Shown in pieces: positions 40,967 through 52,700 of a stretch of DNA of 64,000 bases. The notes beneath the pieces are model-generated. The model had not been told where the DNA came from. It ran no database searches and saw nothing but the letters and a program-made list of their open reading frames with translations. Both the position numbers and the translations under genes were made by a program. This DNA is from Nemertoderma westbladi (taxonomy: Eukaryota; Animalia; Xenacoelomorpha). Within the stretch, counting starts at the first letter, position 1. Each line of letters starts with the position of its first letter. Location: positions 1 to 64,000 of the forward strand of contig JAUCBJ010009012.1 of NCBI GenBank assembly GCA_032718475.1, read 5' to 3'.

Positions 40967-43561
40967 ATGGATGATTCGTGTCTGTTTTGCCGAAAAACAT
41001 CTGGAACACTAATCACTGGAGGACCTATTCGCATAATGAACATCATAGCTTGTAGTGCAGCCCGTGAAAGTGATAACCTCAATGAGATTCTTCAGCGAAA
41101 ACTTAATAACGATTCGGAACTGAATGTTATTTTTCACAAACAGTGCATTTCTACATATACTTCGAAACAACATATAGAGCGTGAGTTAAAACGACGACAC
41201 ATTTCCAACTCACAGAAATTACCAGAACCACATGTGAAAAAATTGGAGGAAATACTAGGTATGTCAAATTTCAAGGGTGTCAATAGCATGTTGAATGGCA
41301 AAGCTTGGCCTAAAGCAGTACGAGGTTTGCGAATGGTTGTGAGTGGTCTACTTAAAGATATAATTAACCCATGTAGTTCACTGGTAACTGTTAGAAAATC
41401 AATAGATAACATGCGATTGTCTCGAACTGGAAAACTGTGGGTTGATTGCCTAATTATTCCAGTTTCAATCATTCATGTTTACATCAGAGCTAAGAACACG
41501 GCGAATTGGAATCTACATATGTGTGCACTTAAGATGATGTTACCATATTTCTTTTCTTCTGGTCACTGGAATTATGCAAGGTACATTACTTGGCATATTG
41601 AAGAAATAGAACGAGGTCTACCAAGTGATGCTCTCAATGCGTTTATAGAAGGAGATTTTGTTTGCAGACATCAGGAAGGAATGTGCAACTCTGTTTGGAA
41701 GGACCAGTTTGGGGAGCAGACCTACATAAGAAAGGGGAAGTCACTTGGTGGATTGAAGGGGAAAACTCTGTCCCAAGAACAGTCGACCATTTGGGTGTTA
41801 TCCCACCACATATGCAATATGTTTGCCTTGGGTGTGGATAACATGTTTGATTCTGGGTTAGTGGAGGATGATGAAGATCGTGAAGGTGATTTAAGACGAC
41901 ATAAAAAGGAAGGCACTAAGCGGCGGCATCTTGATGCCGGTGATAGAATCAGTATACTTCGAACATTAAAAAAGTGCAGGGATCCATTTGGCTTTAATGA
42001 TACTAATGTGTTGATCAATATTTTGAATGGTCGTATAGCTCCACCAGAAGTCAATGTCGATAATGCTGTAAAGTTGGGGTTGGAGTCGGCAAGGGCATTC
42101 AAATCAACTCTCCCAAATGGTTTCTACCAGAGAATAACACGCTCAGTTTTAACTATGGATTTGAAACCCACACGTGGCAAACATGGTTGCAAGACCTATG
42201 ATATGGAGAGATTATACGCAAGACTTCTGATTGTCTCACAGAAACGCAATATTGATTTGTTAGAATTATTTAGCTATGAACTATTCCCATCACCTCCATC
42301 ACTATTCAATGAGTATGGTGAATTACGTTCTGGAAAGAAAACTGATTTGGTTCCTCTGGCAGTAAATGGGGCCAACCCACTCCCTCCTGTTGATTTGGAA
42401 CTAGTTGATGGAAATGCTTCGCTATACCATATTTATTGGACCAACAAGTTATCTGTAGCCGCTTTTTGTGATGCCTACTGCAGCAACTATACAGATACAG
42501 TAGCTGAACACCATCATGAAACGTATATAATATTTGATCGTTACTTTCCAAGTAGCATTAAATCTTTAGAAAGGGAAAAGCGTAATAAATCCAACAGTTA
42601 TCAACAATATGAACTATCACTAGAAACAATTCTACCTTCCAGAGACACTATTATGAAGTCTGTGAACAATAAACAAAATCTTATTCAATTGATGTGTAAT
42701 TATACAACACATAAATCATTACACCTTGTTGGGGACTCTAATAATATATTCGAACATGAAGAAGCTGATGTTACTATTATTAGTTACATGTTAAAGTTAT
42801 CTGATAATGACAACATCAGACATATACAAATAACAACAGATGATACAGACATTTTCGTACTAGCAGTATTCTTCTTCTGGCTATATCAACCAACTGTTCA
42901 ACTCTCCATACGTAGATTTAATGGGAAAATCATAAATATCAACACAACTGCTATCCAACTCGGAAATCAGTGTGCTGGTCTCCTTTCTTTACACGCTTTA
43001 TCTGGTTGTGATACAGTATCATATCCATATGGGAAGGGAAAAAAGAACGCAATGAAATTGCTGTGTAGGTTGCACGAATCTCTGGAGATTTTCTGTGATC
43101 CAAATGTTACAGAAGAAGAATGGCTACAAATAGGCCTCTCGTTCATTATACGCCTCTATGGTGGTGGCATATCGGATACTCTGAATGAACTTCGACATAG
43201 GCTATTCACTACAAAGAAGCAACACCCTAAAGTATTCAACCTTCCCCCCACACAGAGTGCTGCTGTACAACATGTAAAACGGGCTCGTTTGCAAGTTTTT
43301 TTGTGGAGAGCTGCTGATGATACTGCACTTCCACTGTTGGCTGTTAACAAGTTTGGTTGGATGGCGATCAATGGCAAACTGATAGCGGACCCTCGCGTCT
43401 CATCCATTGCCCCAATTTCGATCCTTAAAACTATATGTTGTAATTGCAAGTCCGAAAGCGCCCGTTCTTCCAATCGATGCGGATGTTCTATAGCCGCTCT
43501 ACCATGTACTACAATATGCACCTGCACCACTTCAAAGTGTAAAAATAAATACAATGTTTAA
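40967..43561 (+). CDS. Academ-type protein, 864 aa: partial transposase, XPG/PIN-like nuclease and C-terminal Cys-rich zinc finger
   Basis: LVDG, IIFDRY, HEEAD, DDTDIFVL and LHALSGCDTVS motifs. C-terminal CCNC...RCGC...LPCTTICTC...C. Transposase distal segment W.LH..MLPYFF..GH.NYARY...DQFGEQ. Confidence 0.8.
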   Translation: MDDSCLFCRKTSGTLITGGPIRIMNIIACSAARESDNLNEILQRKLNNDSELNVIFHKQCISTYTSKQHIERELKRRHISNSQKLPEPHVKKLEEILGMSNFKGVNSMLNGKAWPKAVRGLRMVVSGLLKDIINPCSSLVTVRKSIDNMRLSRTGKLWVDCLIIPVSIIHVYIRAKNTANWNLHMCALKMMLPYFFSSGHWNYARYITWHIEEIERGLPSDALNAFIEGDFVCRHQEGMCNSVWKDQFGEQTYIRKGKSLGGLKGKTLSQEQSTIWVLSHHICNMFALGVDNMFDSGLVEDDEDREGDLRRHKKEGTKRRHLDAGDRISILRTLKKCRDPFGFNDTNVLINILNGRIAPPEVNVDNAVKLGLESARAFKSTLPNGFYQRITRSVLTMDLKPTRGKHGCKTYDMERLYARLLIVSQKRNIDLLELFSYELFPSPPSLFNEYGELRSGKKTDLVPLAVNGANPLPPVDLELVDGNASLYHIYWTNKLSVAAFCDAYCSNYTDTVAEHHHETYIIFDRYFPSSIKSLEREKRNKSNSYQQYELSLETILPSRDTIMKSVNNKQNLIQLMCNYTTHKSLHLVGDSNNIFEHEEADVTIISYMLKLSDNDNIRHIQITTDDTDIFVLAVFFFWLYQPTVQLSIRRFNGKIININTTAIQLGNQCAGLLSLHALSGCDTVSYPYGKGKKNAMKLLCRLHESLEIFCDPNVTEEEWLQIGLSFIIRLYGGGISDTLNELRHRLFTTKKQHPKVFNLPPTQSAAVQHVKRARLQVFLWRAADDTALPLLAVNKFGWMAINGKLIADPRVSSIAPISILKTICCNCKSESARSSNRCGCSIAALPCTTICTCTTSKCKNKYNV

Positions 43562-44461
43562 AGCAATGTTCCGTTTAAATAATTAATTTAATAAACATAC
43601 AACTCTTCTAGCTGATTGATTAACTTTCGTAATACCAGTAATGGAGAATATTTGGGATAGATACCCAGATAGGTAGGCCTACGCAGTAAAGAATGATGGC
43701 ACATTGAATCTACTGTACCTATTTTCTGCAATCATTGGATAGATAAACGTAAAAATTTGCATTTGAAAGGAAAAAACTAACTCATCTAATTAAATGAAAA
43801 CGAAATGTGATTAATAACCCCCCCCCTCCCCCCAGTGATGATAATTGTTTGCTTTTATAAATAGTTACATAAATAATCTAAAGTTTAATAGTTGGCATAT
43901 CTTAATTAACATCCCAAAGGCCAAAATTTCTGATTAATATTGTTGCTATGGGAACTAATCTTCTAGAAATCTTATTCAGAATAATTAACAAGAGCTGTGG
44001 CAATAGGTGCAAGGTCGCAGATATCTCAAAATAAAACCTTGTATGGCGGTTGCTATGGAAACTTAGGTTAAGTGCTTTATAAAAAGTTCCCCAAAGGTGC
44101 CGAAGTGGCACCCGACGGATTTTGATTGCTCTAAGGTCCAACTAAAGTTTAAGCAAATAAAAATGCGTGATGACCCAAAGTCACGGTGGACCCCTCTGTC
44201 TACCTGACTAATTAAAAATGTTAGAATGTATTATTGTCTGGCGAGTTACGAAGCAGGACCTTATCGCCCCTATAAATTGCATTTTTGTTGGGAACTCATC
44301 GTCCCTGGTCCTTTATCGCCCCTGTCATTATTCAGGCTACATTCCCTCAAATTCCCTCTAAGTCAAACTTTAGTTATTTGTCTACAGTTATATTTATACT
44401 CAAATAGTTTCACTTAGAGGAGGCCTACAATTATAAATATTCATTATCAATTCATAGACAA

Positions 44462-44630
44462 AGCAGCCGCTTGGTCTATTGGTAACAATCTGGACTTTCA
44501 TTGAGGAGGCCCAAGGTTCGATCCCTGGACGACCCTCACGGGACTTTAATTGCTGCAGACTAGCTCTATCCAGGCTTTCATCTTTCACTGGTCGATAAAT
44601 TGGAACCATGGAAACTTGGAAAACGGAAGA
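44462..44630 (+). mobile_element. tRNA(Glu)-like SINE with a Deu/Nin-type conserved core
   Basis: A box TGGTCTATTGG, CTTTCA anticodon-like loop and B box GGTTCGATCCC. These are followed by CAGGCTTTCATCTTTCACTGGTCGATAAATTGGAACC, which resembles the Nin-domain consensus as recalled. Confidence 0.7.
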
Positions 44631-44643
44631 GTTAACTGTGTGA

Positions 44644-45862
44644 GATCACCCATGGTGGTGAACAGGCATTCCATTGAGAAACAGAATGGAAGGGTTTACT
44701 GTGGAAGATCACATCACCCATGGTGGTGAACAGGCATTCCTTTAGGATACAGAGTGGAAGGGTTTACTGTGGAAGATCACCCATGGTGGTGAACAGGCAT
44801 TCCATTGAGAAACAGAGTGGAAGGGTTTACTGTGGAAGATCACATCACCCATGGTGGTGAACAGGCATTCCTTTAGGATACAGAGTGAAAGGGTTTACCT
44901 TGGAAGATCACCCATGGTGGTGAACAGGCATTCCATTGAGAAACAGAGTGGAAGGGTTTACTGTGGAAGATCACATCACCCATGGTGGTGAACAGGCATT
45001 CCTTTAGGAAACAGAGTGAAAGGGTTTACCTTGGAAGATCACCCATGGTGGTGAACAGGCATTCCATTGAGAAACAGAGTGGAAGGGTTTACTGTGGAAG
45101 ATCACATCACCCATGGTGGTGAACAGGCATTCCTTTAGGATACAGAGTGAAAGGGTTTACCTTGGAAGATCACCCATGGTGGTGAACAGGCATTCCTTTA
45201 GGATACAGAGTGAAAGGGTTTACCTTGGAAGATCACCCATGGTGGTGAACAGGCATTCCATTGAGAAACAGAGTGGAAGGGTTTACTGTGGAAGATCACA
45301 TCACCCATGGTGGTGAACAGGCATTCCTTTAGGATACAGAGTGAAAGGGTTTACCTTGGAAGATCACCCATGGTGGTGAACAGGCATTCCTTTAGGATAC
45401 AGAGTGAAAGGGTTTACCTTGGAAGATCACCCATGGTGGTGAACAGGCATTCCATTGAGAAACAGAGTGGAAGGGTTTACTGTGGAAGATCACATCACCC
45501 ATGGTGGTGAACAGGCATTCCTTTAGGATACAGAGTGAAAGGGTTTACCTTGGAAGATCACCCATGGTGGTGAACAGGCATTCCTTTAGGAAACAGAGTG
45601 AAAGGGTTTACTGTGGAAGAACACCCATGGTGGTGAACAGGCATTCCTTTAGGATACAGAGTGGAAGGGTTTACCTTGGAAGATCACCCATGGTGGTGAA
45701 CAGGCATTCCTTTAGGAAACAGAGTGGAAGGGTTTACTGTGGCAGATCACCCATGGTGGTGAACAGGCATTCCTTTAGGAAACAGAGAGGAAGGGTTTAC
45801 TGTGGAAGATCACCCATGGTGGTGAACCGGCATTCCTTTTGGAAAGAGTGGAAGGGTTTTCA
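44644..45862. repeat. 63/68-bp minisatellite (about 19 units) directly after the SINE
   Basis: Unit CCCATGGTGGTGAACAGGCATTCCTTTAGGATACAGAGTGAAAGGGTTTACCTTGGAAGATCA, alternating with a +CATCA variant. Confidence 0.95.
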
Positions 45863-46429
45863 CTGGCGGGGAACACTGGCTTACTAATACCTAAACGTTT
45901 CTCCCATTTAAAATTAATATTTGTCACGGTGACAACAAGTTCCCAGGGGCGATACGGCCCTACAATCTTGTGGAAGGGATGAGGGTTTGAGCACATCTTA
46001 TGATGGAATCCATGACAGGTGGCTCTAGTAATAATTTGTCTATGTTTCTGTCCAGGTCCTCTCCAAATGGAATTAGAGATTGCGAGGCCTCTAAGTATCC
46101 ATCAGAAATCTGTCATTTGTTTCTGAAGGCTTTGTACTTGACGATAACATCGTGGTCAAAGGAGTTTTGGCATTTTTGGACTGGTTCCTTAGTAGAGTTA
46201 ACAGCTTTATGTAAACTGAACTGCTATTAATGGTGACGAAGATCGTCGCTTAACCTGCAGGAACTGTTAATGAGTCATGAAATTTGAATGTAACAATGAC
46301 AACTAGAACCGTTCCTATAATAAATTAAATTTGAAAACAGAAATTGTTTCGTACCATTACTGAACTGGGAGGTTCAACCACTATATTGTTTGATGGAGTC
46401 CAATTCGGAGGCAATATTTTCGGCGACAT

Positions 46430-46721
46430 TGTAAAAGCTTTTGCGGATATAATCAGTCCCCCTGCCCGCAAAGTACCGTTGTAGGTGTTTTAACGGACAT
46501 AAAAGTCATTCTTCTATATGTGTGCTTTGGCGGACATGGCAAGGCACAAAACCCGCAATGCGTCAAATACTCTAGCACAGTGTAGCCTTGATGATTCAGA
46601 TTACGACATCTAACAGCTGGTTGCTGGCATGGAAACGGCCATTGGACACATGGTTCTTTGTTTAGCTTAACAGCCAATCAGGGCGATTTTTACTGTCGAT
46701 GTGGAGATATTCTACAGATCG
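46430..46721 (+). repeat. 5' LTR (verifiable part; true end probably farther right, possibly about 47550-47610)
   Basis: Appears identical to 63709-64000 over 292 bp and starts with TG. An AATAAA near 47413 may be the LTR poly(A) signal. Confidence 0.9.
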
Positions 46722-47934
46722 TGCTAGGAGTGTTCAGTCTTACTGTTTTCTTGTTACAGTTGTGTTGTTGCTTCTAGGCCAAGAACATCGGCTCTGGAGT
46801 CAATTTGTTTCAGACTTTAGAAGAAACATTAGTAGGCTTAGATTATAGAACGTATAACTGTTATCGGCACAGTCCGGCAGATCGTATCATTGTTACATTA
46901 TCGGTACATTGTCATATCATATCTTAACCTACCGTCTTAATGGTTTTACTGTTGTTTGGTTGAATATTATTACTTGGAGAACATCGATAAATAACCCAAA
47001 TTTCTCAATTTTCTTGATACACTACAGGTTACATATAGCGATTGCGACTTATATTATCGTGGTTTGTAGTGAGTTTAATGCTATTTGATAGGCTCTACAT
47101 GAGTCAATTGCTGTTCTCTTTATATATGATAAAATTCATTGACGGTCGGCAGATTAGTGTGCAGTATCGTGCGTTACCGGTAGTGTGCATGATTGTGGCT
47201 GATAACTAAGCATTTCCTAAAGAATGCGCCTCATACGTGAATCATAAGCCTTACAGTCTTACAGTTGTGTTTAGTATAAGTCATATCTCTGTTTACCTAG
47301 ATAGAGCGCCACGTCCTAAAGGAACTGTTAATATTTCCCGAAAGTGAATAATACTCGTCAGAAATTATTTATTAACGATCAATCGAATAATACAGTAAGC
47401 TTACACTGCAATAATAAAATCTAAGCCCCATCCGAATCCAGTCTCCCGGGTATATCCAGCGGGTGAATGGACGCGCACTAGGCTGGCTTCGGCTAATGTT
47501 GTGTTTATTGGTATTAAATACTTGTCATTTACTAAAGTCTATTTATAAACCAAAAGACATATAAATTTTGGCAGGTTAAACTGCCAAAGGTCTTCAAAAG
47601 CGCGTACAATAACAGTTATTTTCTTTATTGCAGTAAGCAATAAAGTTGAAAGTACCGGTCGACCGGTAAACCTGAACCGGTACTGCTGTAGGTCCGTAGG
47701 CCCAACTGCCAGAATCGGTACTGCTGTAGGTCTGTAGGCCCAACTGTCCTAACCGGTACTTCCAGTATAAGTACATTAGTATTATTCGATTTTGATTATT
47801 GTATACCGGTAGGTCTCGATATTAAATCGGGGACGCCTGGTTTTTATTGGGATTTTACTTAGGTCTATTTCTGTCAGTTTTATTTCCTAGTAAGTTAATA
47901 TTGAGCTGAAGACGTGTAAGTCTGCTCAGATTGT

Positions 47935-48512
47935 TCAGATAATTGTAGGCCGGACTGTTGTCGGACTGTTGTTGGGTCTGGAGAGATTGCGGCGTGTGTA
48001 GAGTCTGTCCGATAAAGTGCCAGTTAGTAAGTTGGGGCATCTTGAGTTGTAAGGTCAATCCCCTCTTAAAGAATAAGTCGTACTACCGTGTTAGAACGCA
48101 TACTAACTAACCATTTTGGAATCTGCATATACTGTAGTTTATTTAGGCTTGATAGTAGTCTGCCAGCGTTTTAGCCTGTGTTTGTTTGTGTGGTCTGTTC
48201 AGGTACCGTAATAGTTATTACTCAGATATTTTGTAGGCTGGATTGTTGTCTAGCTGTTATTAGGTCTGAAGAGATTGCTGCGTGTGTAGAGTTTGTCTGA
48301 TAAAGTGCCAGTTAGTAGTAAGTTGGGGCAGCCAGAGCTGTAAGGTCAATCCCCTCCTAAAGAATAAGTCGTACTACCGTGTTAGAACGCATACTAACTA
48401 ACCATTTTGGAATCTGCACATACTGTAGTTTATTTAGGCTTGGTGGTAGTTTGCCAGCGTTTGGTTTGTATTTTGTTTGAGTATTCTGTACGGGTAGCGT
48501 AATATTTATTAT
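47935..48512. repeat. Diverged ~290-bp tandem duplication in the retrotransposon leader
   Basis: AAGGTCAATCCCCTC at 48051 and 48342. The core AAAGAATAAGTCGTACTACCGTGTTAGAACGCATACTAACTAACCATTTTGGAATCTGCA is identical in both copies. Confidence 0.9.
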
Positions 48513-49430
48513 TCAGAGTTTATGCGATTATTCGCAACATTCATGTCCCCAAGTTTATTCCTACAGTAATTGTGCTTGTTACACATACCGTTATAGTTAA
48601 ATTAACCCCGGTACTACACGGGCTGCTTGGCGTAGGTAAAGACTGGTGACTTTGTGCTCCGGTCACTCCAGCAGATGCCGTGGTTCTTTTAACTGTTCAA
48701 GTATGTTTAACTGCTAGTTATCTGTTTTAATAAGTACTTGTACCTAATTTAGGGTTTGGTGTACAGTGCTTTCCGAAAGTAATTAGTGTGTAGGCAGTGT
48801 ATTGTGTTGTAAAGTGGTTAATAGGCACGTTGGATCTGGTAGTCCGCGGTAATTAACTTCCAGGTAGGAACACTCCGTGATACATAACGTAGTACCTATA
48901 GCGATACGGCTATAGGTCGTCAGACGGTGGTATTTTTCCTATCTGGACAGCGCAACATATTTACTACTACTTATTATTTTCAAATACCGTAGTACCCTGT
49001 CCGTTGTAATAACCAGAAGTTCTAACCCTTTGTTAGACTGGTTTGTAGACTTCCTGTAAAATTACCCTAAAATTTCATACGTAATATTTTGTTGTGTTTT
49101 AATTAGAGAATTAATCTCACCCGTATCGTAAGTAATTTGTAGTATTAAGTAACTTAGGTAAATTAGAATTATCTGTTTTAGTGTCCAATAAGTAGCACTT
49201 CACTGAGAGCGCACAGCTTCTGTGTAGTGACTCCCCCCAGAAATAATAACATTTATTTCAAATATTGACAAAACCCATTTTAAACGGGTATATATATATT
49301 ATAAATCAACTCAAACGATTTATAAATAGTAGGCCTGCCATACAACTACTGCTTAAATAACGGTAATAAAGTAAGTTAAAGTAACTAAGTAACCTTTAAA
49401 ATTCAGAAATTCAATTATTTAAATAATTGA

Positions 49431-49702
49431 TATACCGGTATTCACGATAGGCCTATTATCTTTATTTCTATAAATTTAGGCTGAAATTATACCGGTATTC
49501 TGTAATTAATTCTAGTCCAGAATTATACTTATATACTATAAGTATAGGCTGTATACCGGTATTCACGATAGGCCTATTATATATTTATATATATTTGTGT
49601 TAAAATTATATACCGGTATTCTGAGACAAACCTAGTTTACAATACTTATATATATTATAAGTGTATACCGGTATTCTAATATACTGTAATAAATTACCGG
49701 TA
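49431..49702. repeat. Cluster of TACCGGTA palindromes in a ~121-bp dimer just upstream of gag
   Basis: TATACCGGTATTCACGATAGGCCTATTAT at 49431 and 49552. Six TACCGGTA copies in the interval. Confidence 0.8.
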
Positions 49703-49782
49703 CTAGGCCAACGGTCATACTGAATTACTAGACTTGCTTTAACTGTAACTATAGCAGTAAGCATTCAACTGTATAGATAAAC

Positions 49783-52700
49783 ATGTCTGACACCCAGCAA
49801 AACCTGTCAGACAGTCTAATCGATACAACCATCTGTGACACAGATAGGAGTGTGGAGCGATTAAGAAAGGGGTTCAGCTCACCTCCTACTGAAAGAAAGG
49901 TCATCCCTCCAGTAGTAGTATCAGACCCTAGGCTAATCCAACACCGTAGGTCTATCATCGGCACTCGGGCCCAAGTCAAACGGAACCAGGAAGCAGCTGT
50001 CCAACAGCAGCAACATCCTAGTCAAGAAACTTGTTCCCAGCGACCCGATAGCTCCAGTAGTTCGGATACTGTAGAGCTGACCCCCGAACGCGGAGTACAG
50101 ATGGCGGCTACAGCCTACTCGGATCCACTTCTCACCCTTCCTGCCGCAGTATTAACAACTATATTCATTGCGGTGGAGGAACACCAAGTCGATTGGGCGA
50201 GAAGTAAGCGAGCGACCCAAGATAGTTATGCGGGATACGCCAGGGAAGAATTGATGTCTATTGTCGAGTCACAATGGAACTTTCCCGGACCCGGACTCCC
50301 GTTAGATTTGTCCGAAGCTACTTGGGAAGACATACACAGGATGGAAGTGACTAAAGATACGATGGATCCAGCTGTTTGGAAGAGGTCGGCAGCAGGATAT
50401 GTGCAGGGATTCTTCGGCTCCTTAGAGCGATTAGAAGAACAACTGTTTCGACAACCCCAAGGACCTCAAGAGCAGGAAGAGCTGCTATATCAAGTACGCG
50501 AAAGAACCCTACGCATTAGACTAATCCTATCAGCCTTTGAGGAAACTTCCAAAAGAAGACAGGACACGTCGCTGCAGGTTGCTGTCAAAACTTGGTTCCA
50601 GCGGGTAGGTCTCAAAGTACAAGAAACGGCCCAGTGGAAATCCCAGCTGGCTGAGAGACCAACCTATGAAGAACCAACCGATGCCACCCTTTCTCAAGAG
50701 GAAAGCAAAGGGACAGCAGAGAGACCGCGAACGAGAGACGCCATCGACATCTATCTGTCAGACTATCAACGCTTCTTGGGTGATGAAGAGTTGAGGAGAC
50801 GACTGGCTGGACTTCGCCCCAATAGTGAAGGAGCCAAGCTTGTGTTGGACTCAATCGATGCGGAAATGTTAGCTGCAAACAAAGCTAAATTTGATGAAAA
50901 ACTCCGCCTCGCTAGAGTCCAAGAAGAACAAGTAAAGAAAAAACGGATAGAGGACCGAAAGGCAGCAGCAGTGGCAGAAGCAGAACGGAGAGCGTCTGAG
51001 GAGACTACCCAACTGGAGTTGGAAAATCTGCAAGAGACGCAAGACAACCTAAATAAACAGTTAACTGCTAGTCAAATGCAGATGATGAGACGATCTACTC
51101 CCAAACGCCAGGGATACACATCATCGGAGGAAAGCGAAACCACCGATCCTGAAGGCGGAGGAAATAGATCTCGTCTAAGCAGGCGTAGAAAAACATCTCA
51201 CCGTCACAAATTGCCTGATTTGCCCCCAGCGGTTAGAAGACAACTAGCTAGCACAGACTTAAGTAGTACAGAACCCACAGACCAAATTATTCAGGTCAAA
51301 AGACTCCCTACAATAGTTGATGAGCCTGAAATAATTAGGCCTGTCGTTCCCAAAGCCACTCCTGTACTAGAGACCCCTGTACTTCCAGAGCTTAACTCTA
51401 AATTCCCTTTACACAGTATTACACTGCCTGTACCTGGTAGAACAGTCCATGAGAATATCCCTGTCCTGGAAGCTGAGAGAGAAATCAAAGATTTGTCTCC
51501 CGTCGTCCCGCGTCGGCCCGCTACAATGTTGGCGACTCCCGCTTCGGCGGTCGAGTGGGTAGAGGAGGGACGGCGGGGGATGAATCTCCTGCTCGGACAG
51601 ATGCAGGAGACTGTCCACCAACTTAAGGGAACAGTAAGGGAAAGTAGGGCAGAATTGCAAGAAGTGCAGCAAAGTATCGCGCTAGAACGCGACAAATTAG
51701 TCAATATACAAAAGGGTATACCAATACCCCCAGTAACATTGTGTCAACCTGTTAGGTCTGAAGTATCACATGCGCAAGGTGTGGAGCCTACACGCATCTA
51801 TACTGCTAGTGAAGTAGAAACTCCTATAGCAAACCCTATTAAGGGTGATTATAAACCTGTTGTTAATGATATTCCCTATAGACCTGATAATAATCCGAGA
51901 AATTCATATACCGATAATTCGATATTAAATAACACGATGGCCCAAGAAAGCTTTACGCGTCAGATGGCTAGAACAGAAGCCCGCCAAGCGGTCAAAGTGG
52001 GAGAGATCGTTAAATTCAATGGAGATGAGATGAAATGGTTACCTTTCAATGAATATTACAAAGATAGCATACAGAACTCTGTACTATCTAACGGAGAGAA
52101 ACTTAGATTCCTCATCAAGTGCTTGGAAGGACCTCCCAAGTTAATGGCGTTAAAGTTTATTGGACATCCAGATGGATTAAGACAAGTTTGGGATACATTA
52201 AACATCAGGCATGGTAACAAGGATAACATAGCTAAGTATTTGTATGCAAAATTAGTAGCCCCCAGAAACTTCCTTAGTAGCGGGATTATAGAGTTTTCCG
52301 ATGAGATTCAGGAGATCTGTAGACAATTGGACTGGTTAGGTAAGTCTCATGAATATCAGAGTTCCATGGTTATTGGAGCAGTAGTCTCTACTTTACCAAA
52401 GGGTGGAGTATGTACACGTTGGGACAAGAAAGTGTTGTATATGAATGAGCAGCAACGACGAAGCCCTACCATGGCTGATCTCATGTCCTTCTTAGATGGT
52501 GAAGTAAAACTACAACTCATCAAGCAGTCCAGAGAGAAAACATCGGAAAATAAGGTAAGTGAGAAACCCGTTTCTAGGAGAAGAGTAACACCAGTGTGTT
52601 ACACTGACGACGGCGAAAGCCAAGCTTCTCAAGAAGAGGACAGCGGAAAAGACACTGACAAATTTTACTACGTTAACAAAACCTCAAAGGACGTAAGTAA

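Larger units (their letters stand above)
39316..44210 (+). mobile_element. Academ (AcademX-type) DNA transposon
   Basis: Imperfect TIRs TAGTC..GTAGAC...ACCGTGA..TTGGGTCATCACGCA at about 39316-39382 and 44157-44210. Encodes a protein with an XPG-like nuclease and Cys-rich C-terminus. TSD imperfect (ATTT versus ATTA). Confidence 0.75.

Noticed and set aside
44465-44535. Functional tRNA-Glu gene
   Set aside because: Acceptor and anticodon stems pair poorly and a SINE core follows directly.
45113-45887. Repeated MVVNRHSFR ORFs
   Set aside because: Products of the 63-bp minisatellite, with the frame broken by the 68-bp variants.
45960-46400. Possible decayed coding fragment before the 5' LTR
   Set aside because: No recognisable motif in any frame by eye. 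It needs a translated search.
46453-46677. 74-aa minus-strand ORF duplicated at 63732-63956
   Set aside because: It lies within the LTRs, so the duplication only reflects LTR identity. No recognisable motif.
47555-47610. Primer-binding site and LTR end
   Set aside because: TTTGGCAG..CTGCCAAA is a hairpin and no convincing tRNA complement was found. The 3' LTR is truncated, so the boundary cannot be fixed.
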